Origin: Octopus bimaculoides
Lineage: Eukaryota
NCBI RefSeq assembly: GCF_001194135.2
Contig: NC_068981.1
Location: forward strand, 144,242,171 to 144,306,170
DNA: 64,000 nt
Direction: 5' to 3'
Each line of letters begins with the position of its first letter. Position 1 is the stretch's first letter. The notes below the pieces were generated by a model. That model was given only the letters and a program-made list of their open reading frames with translations, was not told the DNA's origin and made no database searches. A program made the position numbers and the translations under genes. Shown in pieces: positions 13,702 through 26,195 of this stretch.

Positions 13702-14109
13702 ACTCTTTCTCTTTCACTTGTTTCAGTCAATTGACTGCGGACATGCTGGAGCACTGCCTTTAGTCGAGCAAATAGACCCCAGGATTTATTCTTTGTAAGC
13801 CTAGTACTTATTCTATCAGTCTCTTTTGCTGAACTGCTAAGTTACGGGGACGTAAACACGCCAGCATCGGTTGTCAAGTGATGTTGTGGGGACAAACACA
13901 GACACACAAACATATACACACACATACATACAAATATACATATATACAACGGGCTTCTTTCAGTTTCCGTCTACCAAATCCACTCACAAGGCTTTGGTCG
14001 GCCCGAGGCTATAGTAGAAGACACTTGCCCAAGGTGCCACACAGTGGGAATGAACCCAGAACCATGTGGTTGATAAGCAAGCTACTTACCACACAGCCAC
14101 TCCTGCGCC
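13702..14109 (-). mobile_element. tRNA-derived CORE-type SINE with internal (TA)/(TG) microsatellite and (GTAAAAGA)n-like tail (octopus OR-like family)
   Basis: A/B-box head, ggcaccttgggcaagtgtctt core and conserved 3' half. Other copies are at about 27771-27935, 29040-29480, 30595-30960, 40545-40770, 40790-40996, 44307-44670, 56875-57100, 61575-61930 and 63820-64000. Confidence 0.8.
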
Positions 14110-14193
14110 TAATTATAATATATTTTATTACTTTATTTCGTTGAACCTTTATATTTTTGTATTTTGTTAATATGCTACATATTTCTGTTGCAG

Positions 14194-14371
14194 GTTGGTT
14201 CTTACTATAAGAACCCAAAATATCCGATATGGATTGTTTGCAGTGAAAGTCATTTCACTGTGCTGTTTTCAATGAGTGACTCACTTGTGAAGGACAATAA
14301 GGCAGAGAAGTTTGATCTTTATTACTATGATGGGCTTGCCAAACAGCAGCAACCTATACGGCTCACCATTG
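14194..14371 (+). CDS. MINDY4: MINDY4-like coding exon with the catalytic His motif: [26 protein letters not shown]...[20 protein letters not shown]
   Basis: ttgcAG acceptor and GTAGGT donor; 178 nt, phase 0 to 1. PIW.VCSESHF and FDLYYYDGL are MINDY3/4 family motifs, and IRLTI fits MINDY4. Confidence 0.96.
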
Positions 14372-14509
14372 GTAGGTATATGAATTGCTGGAGAAGGAAA
14401 GGTGACAATGGTGGTGGTGGGGGAGGGGAGGAGGAGGAGGAGGAGAAACTGTGTGGATTTAGTTGTTCTTGTAGTTTTTTTTCTTGCATAAACAGCAATT
14501 TTTATCACA

Positions 14510-14960
14510 CGAGTGTTGACTGAAAAGTTCATAGGCTAACCAAGACACTCTCATAGAATGTGACCAAATGAGGTTTATTTTTCAGCATAGTCCCCCTTGC
14601 AGTCCACACACTTCTTCCATCGGTGTTGCAGTGCTTGGATCACATTGGTGAAGAAGCTCTCATTGTGTTAGTCAAAAATGTCATCAACAGTAGAAATGTC
14701 TTCACCATCACAGTGACACTGGCTCCCAGCCAGTGATGTTTCTGTGTTGGCTAACAGCTGATAGTCTGATGGAGCCAAATCAGGAAAATAGGGAGGATTA
14801 TCAACCAGTTCAAAGCCACAATCACTCACAGCAGCCATTGAAACCAAGGACTCTTGTGCTGGAGCATTGTCTTGATGAAACAAGACCCCTTTCTTCAGTT
14901 TTCCTAGGCATTTGGTCTTGATAGTCTTTCATAGCTGACTCAGCAAGATGGCATAGTATT
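14510..14960 (-). mobile_element. mariner (DD34D) transposon 3' remnant
   Basis: Minus strand reads FHQDNAPA...PPYFPDLAPSDYQL (34 residues between the Ds) and C-terminal IQALQHRWKKCVDCKGDYAEK*. A CGAG..TGAAAAGTT TIR-like end lies at 14510. Confidence 0.8.
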
Positions 14961-15824
14961 CTCCAGTTATGATGTGGCCCTCTTGTGTTTATTGTAAATG
15001 AGTGTTACTGCCATACAAGCAAAGTCAGTCATTTCGAATATTCTACAAAGGCATTTCTGGTCATGGGGAAGTTTTACCATGCTTGAAAAGGGTGAAGATT
15101 TGTGACATGAAAGGCATCTGGCTATAGAAAATCTGCCTCAAAAAACTCTATCTGACCCAAACAAGCATGGAAAAGTGGATATTAAATCATAATGATGAGC
15201 ATAATTATGATGACAATGTGTCAAATGAGAAACGACATTAAATTAAGTGTCACGTTAATGGAAGTCTCCTTTTGATAATGTAGCTTTGGGCTACTTTATT
15301 GTAATTGCCAACATCCCCAATAAGGCAGATAAAATAAAATAGCTTCATTGTATTAAACGTAAATGTCTGTATTAGCTAATTATAAGACAAATTGATGGAG
15401 CCTCTATATTATATCTCAAGATGACAGACATAACACCCACATCACCTTCACATGAAACCTTATTGACTTTTGTATGTATGTGTGTATGTAAGAGCTAACA
15501 AGAGAGGCATCTAAATTGTAGCAACTATACTTGATGGAAATGGCATCCAATTCTGTCTTAAATTACAGCCCTCTTATTTCAGCTAATGTGGGGCCTCCAC
15601 ATGATATACTTAATAGTCAAAACAGAAAACAAACTCCCCTCAAACTATATATTATAATTATTATTTACCATCTCACAGAGAGATTTTGTATAAAGCATAT
15701 TTTGTTATATACAAAAAATTTTATTTCGTTTTTGGATTTGGTTTGTAAGATTCATCATCATTTAACGTCCGTCTTCCATGCTAGCATGGGTGGGACAAAA
15801 TTCTCTATGTGAATTCGTGTGTTG

Positions 15825-16102
15825 AAGCATATTTTATTGTCTGGGGTGGGTCATTCTCTTTTAGTGTTTTATTATTTAATGCACTCACTGGTTCAATTTC
15901 CACTCAGTTATTTATTTTTTCTAAAATTTTCATTGCGTCTTGCAACCTTTTCAATAATCGTTGACTCTATCTATTATCAGAGCTGTGTTCTTTTTGCTTG
16001 TCTGTTTGTGTGCATGTGTGTGTGTCAGTGTGCATGTGTATACACATATGTATGTATGTATGTATGCATGCATGTATGTGTATGCATGTATGTATGTGTG
16101 TA

Positions 16103-16154
<52 letters not shown>

Positions 16155-16373
16155 TGTGTGTAAATTTGTATGTATGTATTCTGTATATTCTTGTGTTTGT
16201 GTGTTTGTATATTTGTATGTATGCATGTGTGTCTGCATATGTATCCTTGTGTGTGTGTATGGTCATGTGTTTCAGTCTTCATTTGTGTATGTATGTGTGT
16301 GCTTGTCTGTCCATATTACTTGTGTACATATCTATCTATTTATCTATCTGTTTACTTACATATTCATTTACCT

Positions 16374-16406
<33 letters not shown>

Positions 16407-17130
16407 CATCAACATAACAGCCTACTAACAACTCTACCTGTGTATATACAAAACTGTGAGTTTTGAGGTATGGCTACCTTCTATGTATTTTTCCTATTTA
16501 GTACTGGGGATGTTTCATTTATGAGGATGTACTCCTGTATTTGTCTGAGTGTTGGGTCCTTCGGTGCTTGGATAAAATATAGATGTCAAGTTGACCCTGT
16601 GTGCCTCCATGTATGTCTTTGGCATGTTGGTAAAATATGGAGAACTGTTTTTTGTCTCAAATGTGCATTTAGTCTCTCTGCAATGCTTCTAGATGTTTCA
16701 CTTATGTATACCATGTTCTTCTCTTTACAAGCACCCTCTATGCACCTTATGCTGTAGACTACATTTCTAATTCTACAGTTAATGCCAGGGTTAATCTTGC
16801 ATGCATGAATATGCAGAATATGTACATGCATACAAATGTACACATATGCATACACACATACATGCATACACACACATACATGCATGCACACATACATACA
16901 TATATGTGTATACACAGGCATACTGATGCACATGCATGCACACAAACAAACAAAAAAGACACAGCTCTGATAATGGACAGAGTCAATGACCATTGAAAAA
17001 TTTGCAAGATACAAAGAAAATTTTAGAAAACATAAATAAGTAAATGAGTGGAAACTTTACTGGTGAGTGTGTTAAATAATAAGGCACTAAAAGAGAATGA
17101 CTCTCCTCAGACGCAATAAAAAGTATAATG
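15825..17130 (-). mobile_element. Penelope-like element remnant: GIY-YIG endonuclease between inverted terminal segments
   Basis: Minus strand 16800-16460 reads CRIRNVVYSIRC...C...VYISETSRSIAERLNAH...RQIQEYILINETSPVLN. The flanks about 15830-16100 and about 16840-17125 are inverted copies of each other. Confidence 0.7.
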
Positions 17131-17370
17131 TTTTATTTCAATGTTTTAAACTTTTGAAAAGAGCTGAGTATTTTATCTTGACTTGCGTTCTCCATTTTAT
17201 AGAGAGAATGAAAGGATGAGGACAAGGGAAAGCAATCATGGGAGGAGAAATTAGAGAGAATTGGAATAACAGGTGATGGAGAATGAGACCGGTATAAGTT
17301 ACAATGAGAAAGCACGAAGAAATAAAACAGCATAGTCTAAACGCCCTTGATGTTTTATTTTGTCTTTTAA

Positions 17371-17532
17371 TATTTTATTTTTGGAATTTGATCAGGACTT
17401 TTAGGTACCTCTTTAAGTTTAATAATTCGAACAGAATTAGGTCAACCAGGATCTCTTCTCAATGATGATCAATTATATAATGTTATTGTTACAGCCCATG
17501 CATTTGTAATAATCTTTTTTCTTGTTATACCT
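17371..17532 (+). pseudogene. cox1: NUMT: 162-bp fragment of mitochondrial COI (cox1) in a MINDY4 intron
   Basis: With the invertebrate mitochondrial code (TGA=W, ATA=M) it reads [54 protein letters not shown], the start of the COI barcode region in cephalopod form. Similarity ends abruptly on both sides. Confidence 0.93.
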
Positions 17533-18163
17533 GGAGTCTCCTGATAAAGAGAGAGGGTGAGAGAGAAAGCAAAAGAGAGAGGGAGAAAGGGAGAGGGAGA
17601 GAACACAAAAGTAAAAATCAGAGAAAGAAGATTAAACAGAAATAAAGGGTAACAGCATTTTTACTGTAATTCTGACTTAAGTGACAATACAATGATATTC
17701 TATTTCATTGATCAAATAGTTTGTAATGTGTTTGAGAATGAGCATATTTCTCCATCATGTTATTTCTATACTACTAACAGATATTGTTTGATCTGCATCT
17801 CCAAAAGAGAATAGCTGTACATTTGTAAAAATGATGCAGAAGGAAACACCTGTTCATTGTAGCTCTACCTGACAGAAACAGCAGCGAAATGTACCACAAA
17901 TTGCACCTTACACTCTTATTTTTGTATATAATGGGAGCACCTCTACTTAATTGCCATACCTGCTAGGAATAGCAGCCAAATCTCCCTTAATTCATAAATC
18001 ACAGTCATGCATTTCTTCATATATAAAGCCAACAAAGGGGTATCTACTCTGTATCCTGATCTGATATAAACAGCAAACAATTCTCCCTCAAACTTTGTTC
18101 TACTGTCTTATGTATGCATGTTGTTTTAATACCCAGTCATCATTTTGTACCTCCATTAGTGTA

Positions 18164-19029
18164 CAGCGTGTCCCAAAAGTCACTGAGGGGTTTCAGTTTT
18201 TAACAACTTCCTTAACTTTACAAATAAATGCATGAAATTTTGATACAATGTAAAAGACATAATGGAAATTAATATACATTAGTCAAATTTTGCAACACCA
18301 CTACATCACATATGAAAAATGACATTACTTAAATGGCAGTCATTTTTGGCTTTGCACACCTGTGCTTTTTCCAAAACTTGCACCATAACACCCTCAAGAG
18401 TTTCAGACCCTACTTCTCTGATTTCTCTATTGATGTTCTTCAGTTGCACCAGGGTCTCTGGTTTGCTGATGCAAACCCTTTCTTTCAGGTATCCCCACAA
18501 GAAAAAATATGGGGTAGTCAAGTCTTGGGAATGTGAAGGCCAGTTGACATTGCCTTAGCAGGAGATTATTCTCTCTCGAAAGCACTGCCGTAGCAACTGC
18601 ATTGTTTCCTTTGTGGTACGAGCAGTTGCCCCATCTTGCTGGAACCATGTGTGAGGTCTACTTTGAATGGCTGGGTGCAAAAAGGTCTCAATCATGGATA
18701 CCTGAAAATGAGGGTTTACATCAACAAACCGGAGACCATGGTGCAACTGCAGGAGAACATCAATAGAGAAATCAAAGAAGTAGGGTCTGAAACTCTTGAG
18801 GGTGTTATGGTGCAACCTTTGGAAAGAGCACAGGTGTGCGAAGCTGAAAATGGCTCCCATTTAAGTGATGGCATTTTTCATATGTGATGCAGTGGTGTTG
18901 CAAAATTTAACTTATGCATATTAATTTCCATTATGTCCTTTATATTATATGAAAATTCTATATATTTATTTGTAAAGTTAAGGAAGTTATTAAAAATTGA
19001 AACCCATCACTGACTTTTGGGACACCCTG
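18164..19029. mobile_element. Foldback derivative of a Tc1/mariner (rosa-like, DD41D-type) transposon; about 330-bp inverted arms, TA flanks
   Basis: TA|CAGCGTGTCCCAAAAGTCA...TGACTTTTGGGACACCCTG|TA. Arms are 18164-18494 and about 18696-19029. The minus strand encodes degenerate WFQQDGATA...WPSHSQDLTTP(Y)FFLWGYLKERV, with 41 residues between the second D and the third-D position. Confidence 0.85.
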
Positions 19030-19829
19030 TATATACACATAATGATTACTTCTTGTCAGATGATAGCCATCTCACATTCAGCCTGATTGTTCTGATTTAC
19101 TTTCATCCTTGCATGTGCATGGATATGACTTTGCACACCATCCATCCATCACCATAGGCCTTTAAAAAGTACAAAACAGATAAAGAAATGAATTGTTAGT
19201 GAGATGTCTGTACATCACTGGATTTAAGTAACAAAAGCTTCTACAACATTCCCCCCACCCCGTTGCCATAGTTGGTTCCAATAAGAAGCATTGTCAAGAT
19301 GACTGGTACTATTTTGATTGCAAGTTTTATAGTAGAATGTCTTTTTCCTAGAAGAGCTGCCTTCCCCATGGCTTTATCAAAAATAATAGGAGCCTTGTCC
19401 ACTGCCTGGGAAATCTATTTCACCCAGAGATGAGACCCTGGCAAGAACTACTGTTCCAAGTCAGGACAGACCTAGGAGTAATGGTTCATGAGAGGAGACT
19501 CCATGCAACCTACAGCACTGAAGCCTCATCACCAGGTGCAGTTTAATGTAGTATCAAAGAAATATATATATTATGTGGTAATGCTTTATCAAGTAGAAAA
19601 GCTCTCAATCAGCTGAGAGAGTAAAGATAATCTTAAAATAAAAACCCACAAATCTTGTAATTACAGCTACCTAGGGTTTCTTGGCTACAATAATAATTTA
19701 TTCTGCCATTTATCAAGCTGTAAACAAGACCATACTAGCAAAAGTAATGTTTTACAAAACTAGATACCCTTCTTGTCACTAACCCTTGCTGTTCTTTAAG
19801 TAAAGGATCTCATATTTCACAAGTCTTTG

Positions 19830-20022
19830 AAAGTACAGTGCAAGAAGAAAATACACGTGGATCAGTTAATTACGATGTTATACAACATATTCCTTTCGCA
19901 GATTGATGCACTTATTGCAGCAGTCCTTCAGTTTTTCTAAGCCCTATAAAAGAACTCAGAAGGTATCAACCAGGCATTTCATGATACCCTTAAAGCCAGG
20001 AACTGTTCAGCGCATGTACATA
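19830..20022 (-). mobile_element. Older copy of the same mariner-derived MITE as 44692-44904
   Basis: The reverse complement shares ttctttta(t/c)agggcttagaaaaactgaag...gaatatgttg with the 44.7-kb copy. Confidence 0.6.
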
Positions 20023-20633
20023 TAAAAAAGGTTCGACTGACACAAAACTCTTTATGATTTAGCAGGCCTTGCATGGAATTTTTGTGTTTTATCACAAATA
20101 TCACCCTGAAGAGACTCATATGTATAAATGTGAATTTTTATAAATTCACTAAAGGATTTAGCAAGGCCTGCTAAATCATAAACAAACCATCACTGGTTCC
20201 GAAGCATGGAATTTTTGTCTGTTTTATGAACAAATATTACCCTGAAGAGATTCATATGCATAAATGTGAATTTTTATAAATTCACTAGTGAATATGAGTC
20301 AAAACAAATTGTCGGATGTATATTTGTTTTAATTATTTGTCATATTATGTTATATTATATTATATCTTTTTATAGTATAGTTATATAATATTATAATGTA
20401 ATTAGATTTTTAATATATAAATTGTATTTCTCTATTTCCTTTTATATATATATATATATATATATATNNNNNNNNNNNNNNNNNNNNNNNNNNNNNNNNN
20501 NNNNNNNNNNNNNNNNNNNNNNNNNNNNNNNNNNNNNNNNNNNNNNNNNNNNNNNNNNNNNNNNNNNNNNNNNNNNNNNNNNNNNNNNNNNNNNNNNNNN
20601 NNNNNNNNNNNNNNNNNNNNNNNNNNNNNNNNN

Positions 20634-20671
<38 letters not shown>

Positions 20672-20930
20672 CATACTTACTTACATACATACATGCACAC
20701 ACACACAAACACACACATACATACATACATTCATACATACATACATATATACATACATATATACATGCATGCATGCATGCGTGCAGTTGTTCATTCATTC
20801 ATCCATTCACAGATTGATGCTAAGCTCAGCAGATTTGAAGGAGATACAAATATATATTTCTAAAGTGAGTTGTTATTTTAGATGATAATTACTGAGGATG
20901 TTGTTTTTGTTTTTCTAATTTCGTTTGTAG

Positions 20931-21006
20931 ACATAAGCAATCCAAACTTCAAGACACCATCTGATGATGACATGGTACCTCCACTTGACTTGTGCATTCG
21001 GACAAA
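20931..21006 (+). CDS. MINDY4: MINDY4-like coding exon: (D)ISNPNFKTPSDDDMVPPLDLCIRT(K)
   Basis: tttgtAG acceptor and GTAAGT donor; 76 nt, phase 1 to 2. Matches recalled DLVPPLELCIRTK. Confidence 0.93.
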
Positions 21007-21344
21007 GTAAGTTCATAAAATAGTCAGCATTTTATTTTATTGCCATCATTTTCTGTTTGATGGATGGGCTGTAGCCATAACCTTTGCAGGTCATTATAAA
21101 CTGGTGAAGTTAAGGCAATCAGAGGAAGAAACATTATACATGTATATATGGTGTGCGTTGGATTTGTGTGTATGTGCATGCATACTCATGTCTGATTATG
21201 TGTGGATCACTCTAAGAATTTTACTTCCCACCAAGATAATTCTGATTTCATTCCCACCACATGGAGCCTTGGGCAAGTGTTTGCTACTACAACCTCAGGC
21301 TAACAAAAGTCCATGTGAGTGGATTTGGTAGACAGAAACTGAAA

Positions 21345-21570
21345 GAAGGAGGTGAGCTGGCAGAAACGTTAACACGCCGGGTGAAATGCTTAGCGGTATT
21401 TTGTTTGCCACTACGTTCTGAGTTCAAATTCCGCCGAGGTCAACTTTGCCTTTCATCCTTTCGGGGTCGATAAATTAAGTACCAGTTACGCACTAGGGTC
21501 GATATAACCGACTTAATCCATTGTCTGTCCTTGTTTGTCCCCTCTGTGTGTAGCCCCTTGTTATACCCAG
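21345..21570 (+). mobile_element. Second tRNA-derived SINE family (about 230 bp; central cctttcatcctttcggggtcgataaa domain, Meta/MESC-like by recollection)
   Basis: Head ggtgagctggcagaa..gttagc and B-box gagttcaaattcc. Copies at about 4232-4445(+), 4460-4677(-), 4696-4820(-), 23470-23680(+), 46145-46360(+), 46378-46595(+), 47765-47952(-), 47972-48177(-), 58975-59180(-), 59198-59413(-), 60150-60330(+), 62960-63190(-), 63216-63400(+). Confidence 0.8.
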
Positions 21571-22962
21571 TTTTTCTCTCACCACATTTGTACTATGTCA
21601 TTCATGCACACTTACATTATGTATCCAACAGAGCATAGTTGCTTCATTTCTTTCTGGTCTTCTGCTTTATTTCCAAGTAGCTTCACAGTTCTAACACAAG
21701 CTTTGTGCCTTCTTTCCATGTGTTACAAGCCTGTGTCTTAGCCTTTATCACCCTATCAACCATATCATTTCTCCTCCACATTACTTTCAAATTGATGTCT
21801 GATCTGTAACCCCAAGCAGGTTATTTCATAGATATTTCCTGTTGTCATCTATGCTACTGGTGTCTAAATCTTTCTCCCTATAGTCATATACATTGGTGTG
21901 GAGGTGCATGACTTAGTTGTTAGGGTGTTGGCCTCATGAACATAAGATTGTGGTTTTGATTCCTGGATTGAGCAATGCATTCTGTTCTTGAGCAGAGCAC
22001 TTCATTTTACATTGCTCTAGTCCACCCAGCTGACAAAAATGTGGTGGAGAGAGATAATTTGGTGGCTCAGTGATCAATGTAAAATGTGGACGGAGATGAC
22101 AGTATATGGATGAAGGCTTGATATCAAGTTAAATGGTTCTAGGCAGTGAGAAAGATTAGCGGTAGCAAAGAAAAGCTGTATTTAGGGAGATGAGTGGTAG
22201 TGGGGATATGTAATCCTGTGACAGACCAGTGTTCTGTCCAAGTGGGGAATCTATACACCAGGAAAATTGGAAACCAGCCCTTGTGAGTCAGCATGACTCG
22301 AGACGGTACCTTTATGTTATCAACTATGTACATTGGTTAGAATTTCTCTTAATCTATTCCCAAATATGAGATCTTTTAGTTAGCATATCTCCTTCTTGGT
22401 GCCATCTTTCATTTCTATGTCTGACTGCCTCTGAAGTTGTTAGCCACATCTATGCTGCATAGAGCATTCTTTGCTTGGAAAGATTTTGGTATTCACCATA
22501 GTTCTTCTTTCTTGTTTCCTGGTGACAATGCCATCTAAATGATTTGTATGTTCACCAGAATGGTAGATGGTGATGTGGTTGGCTGGGTTCCTAAACTGTG
22601 AGATGCAAATGGTTAGATTAATTGCATCACAGGACTCCAGGAGCTTTATGTTCTCCACATTTCATATCTATTACCCTCATGTCATGGAAGTCATTGACAC
22701 ATTAGGCAACATGTTTGTTGAAGTTGTCAGTCAAGATAATGAAATCACTGTCAAATGTCATTGAAGTAGTCTGCAGAAGGATCTCATAGAAGCAATCCTT
22801 TTGTTATCCTTTCAGGCCTGGCAGAAATAACCACTGGTGTTGAGTTTCCAATAACAAGTCTCATCTTAGTTATCCTATTGCACAAACTGAATTTTTCAGT
22901 TATTTAAATCATCCACAAGAATTTATATTGCTGTCTCTTTCTTGCGAAGAGTTTGGCTGAAG

Positions 22963-23022
<60 letters not shown>

Positions 23023-23950
23023 CACACACACGCACACACACATGTAGATGAAATCATGGCTTTGAGGTTAAGAAGATCATTTCTCAACCACACAATTTCA
23101 GGTTCTATTCCACTTACTTCACACCTCTTCTTAGGTAAATGTTTTTCTATTATTGCTGGGTTAACTAGCGCATTATCAGTGAAATATATTGGACAGAAAC
23201 TGAGTGTAAACTTATAAATGTATGTGAATCTTTGCATATGGTACATATGTCTGTGGGGTGGGCATCAATATCTGTGTTTATCATCACACCTCTTAAAAAC
23301 TGATGTTCAGTTGAATTTTATATCCTATATCTTACAAGTTTGAGAAAAAGATTGATAACATAATACCAGATTGTAATGACTGTTTGGTTCAGTATGATTG
23401 ATTAAACACTTAAAAGATTATGTCCCAGCTTAGCTACTGTCCAGTGGATGAAAGTAGTAAAACCATGTAAGGTGGTGAGCTGGCAGAATTGTTAGTACAT
23501 TGGACAGATGCATGGGTGCCTTTCTTCCGGCTCTTTCTATTCTGAACTCAAATCCTGCCGAAGTAAAATTTTTCTTTCATCTCTTTATATTTAATAAAAT
23601 AAAGTACCAGTTGAATTTTGGGGTTGATGTAATTGGCTTGCCCACGCCTTTCAAAATTGCTGGCCTGGATGCCTGCAATGGACCAACTGTTCATTGGAGG
23701 AAGTTGTGATTTTGACTACATATATTCCTTACAAAATGGGTAATCAGCTTTATGAGTCCTATGGCATGAAAAGAAAAAAGAAACTATCTATCTATGTGTC
23801 TGTCTGTTCGTCAGTCTATCTGTCTGTCTGTATATTGGCCTGCTCACCTAGCCAGCAGGGTGTTATCATTCAAATGCTAAAATGATGCTAAGTACATTGT
23901 GACCAGTGAGGTGTAACAACCTTCGATAGCCTGGTCAATCACCTGATCAT

Positions 23951-23989
<39 letters not shown>

Positions 23990-24833
23990 TCATATGTGTG
24001 TATGTCTGTTTGTCTGAGTGTGTATATATATATATATATACATACATACACACACACACATATATATATATACATGTTTCTGCCTTTACATTTGTATATA
24101 TATTTTATGTTCTTGTATGCATAGTGAATTTCAGTTATTTCATTTTTAATGTTTTGTTATCTGATGTGTAAAATCAATTCATATGCATGTATTTATTCCT
24201 ATATTTCTATATTTATATATAACACACACTATATATATGTGTATATGTGTGAGTGTCCGTATATACATATATATACATACACACACATTCATATTAATAT
24301 CATTAAATGATGAGAATATCTATATATGAATGCATGCGAATATATATATATATGTATATGTATACACACACATATGTNNNNNNNNNNATATATATATATA
24401 TATATAGTCTATATATATAGTCTATATATACATAGCGTGTGTGTTAGAGATCAATAGCCTTATGTGTTAGGACAATGCAGTTGTCCAAGAACAGCAGCAT
24501 TCCAGACTGAATGTATTTATTGTATCTAGTGCAATAAACCATTAAGATAGATGATATTTATTCTATGTGTCTGGAGAGGAAAGAAATTAATTTTGTAAAT
24601 GGTGACTTTCCTATAGAAGACATTACAGAGAAGTAAAATGTTGCATGATGGGAAATTCAGCCTTATCCTTAGGTTAGCGAACTTAATGTGATTAATTAAA
24701 AAAAAATGCAAAAAATAATAACAAAAGAAAAATAGGAAATGGTACTATAATAAGACAAAATTAGGCTAACTTAACCAATGAGATACAAAGATCATTTCTT
24801 GGAGTCTTATCTACAACCAATTTCTATTTTCAG

Positions 24834-24882
24834 GTGGCATAATGCCCGAATAGACTGGAACTCTACAGAACCTTTGCTCTGA
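24834..24882 (+). CDS. MINDY4: MINDY4-like last coding exon: (K)WHNARIDWNSTEPLL*
   Basis: ttttcAG acceptor, phase 2 entry, TGA at 24880-24882. Matches the recalled C-terminus KW..A.V.WNGSDPIL. Confidence 0.92.
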
Positions 24883-26195
24883 ACTGTCTTTCCTGAAAAA
24901 GCAAATCATTTTTATCGTAACAAACAGTTTGCTGTGAATTCAAGCCTATATATACATACATACATATATATATNNNNNNNNNNNNNNNNNNNNNNNNNNN
25001 NNNNNNNNNNNNNNNNNNNNNNNNNNNNNNNNNNNNNNNNNNNNNNNNNNNNNNNNNNNNNNNNNNNNNNNNNNNNNNNNNNNNNNNNNNNNNNNNNNNN
25101 NNNNNNNNNNNNNNNNNNNNNNNNNNNNNNNNNNNNNNNNNNNNNNNNNNNNNNNNNNNNNNNNNNNNNNNNNNNNNNNNNNNNNNNNNNNNNNNNNNNN
25201 NNNNNNNNNNNNNNNNNNNNNNNNNNNNNNNNNNNNNNNNNNNNNNNNNNNNNNNNNNNNNNNNNNNNNNNNNNNNNNNNNNNNNNNNNNNNNNNNNNNN
25301 NNNNNNNNNNNNNNNNNNNNNNNNNNNNNNNNNNNNNNNNNNNNNNNNNNNNNNNNNNNNNNNNNNNNNNNNNNNNNNNNNNNNNNNNNNNNNNNNNNNN
25401 NNNNNNNNNNNNNNNNNNNNNNTAAGTATATATGAACACACACTAATATATATATATATATGCATATATATACATACATACATATATGTGTTTCTATTAT
25501 TATTATTATTTTTATTATTATCTCATCATCACTGACACAGACATGCACACTAACTCACACACTGTCTATGCATAGATAAACACATGATCAATTCATTAAC
25601 CAACTTTATATATATATACACACTGCAGTTAACCTAAACAAATAATTCCTTTTTCTATTTTAGAAGGGTCATGATTTTGTTCTCTTTCGAAATCTCTCAT
25701 AGAATCCAATTAGACTGCTACAAAAGTTATTTACTCTGGACTGATTCTATGTAACTTTCTGGATTTTTCTTGTTTCTCTTCTTAAACTTTTAATTATTCA
25801 TTGCTGTTGCAGAAAATCTTGTTTACCACCTGCCTCTTATATGGGTCTCTGAGTTATTGCTTTTCAAGTCTCTGAGCTCTTTGTCATAAGAATCTGAGAT
25901 GTTATTCATAAGATTGTGTTAGTCATGACGTATTGATTAATCAGTCATTTCTATAATTGATATGGTCTTGAATAATAGTAATATGTTTGAAGCTGGCTTT
26001 CTCTTTCATAATACCATTGATGTGTTTTTCTTTGATCAGTCATTTATTCACAGATAGGAATTATATCCTGTCATTACAGATACTTTTATTCGACTGTTTT
26101 CTAAGTATTGTCATGCAAGGAACTCATAAATAACCCAAGGTATTGACACATTGATTTTCTCTTTGTGCAAAGGATTGGAAGGTGTGACATCTCCT

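Noticed and set aside
2489-24833. Possible U12/minor or non-canonical introns in MINDY4
   Set aside because: All five introns have ordinary GT(A/R)...YAG U2-type ends.
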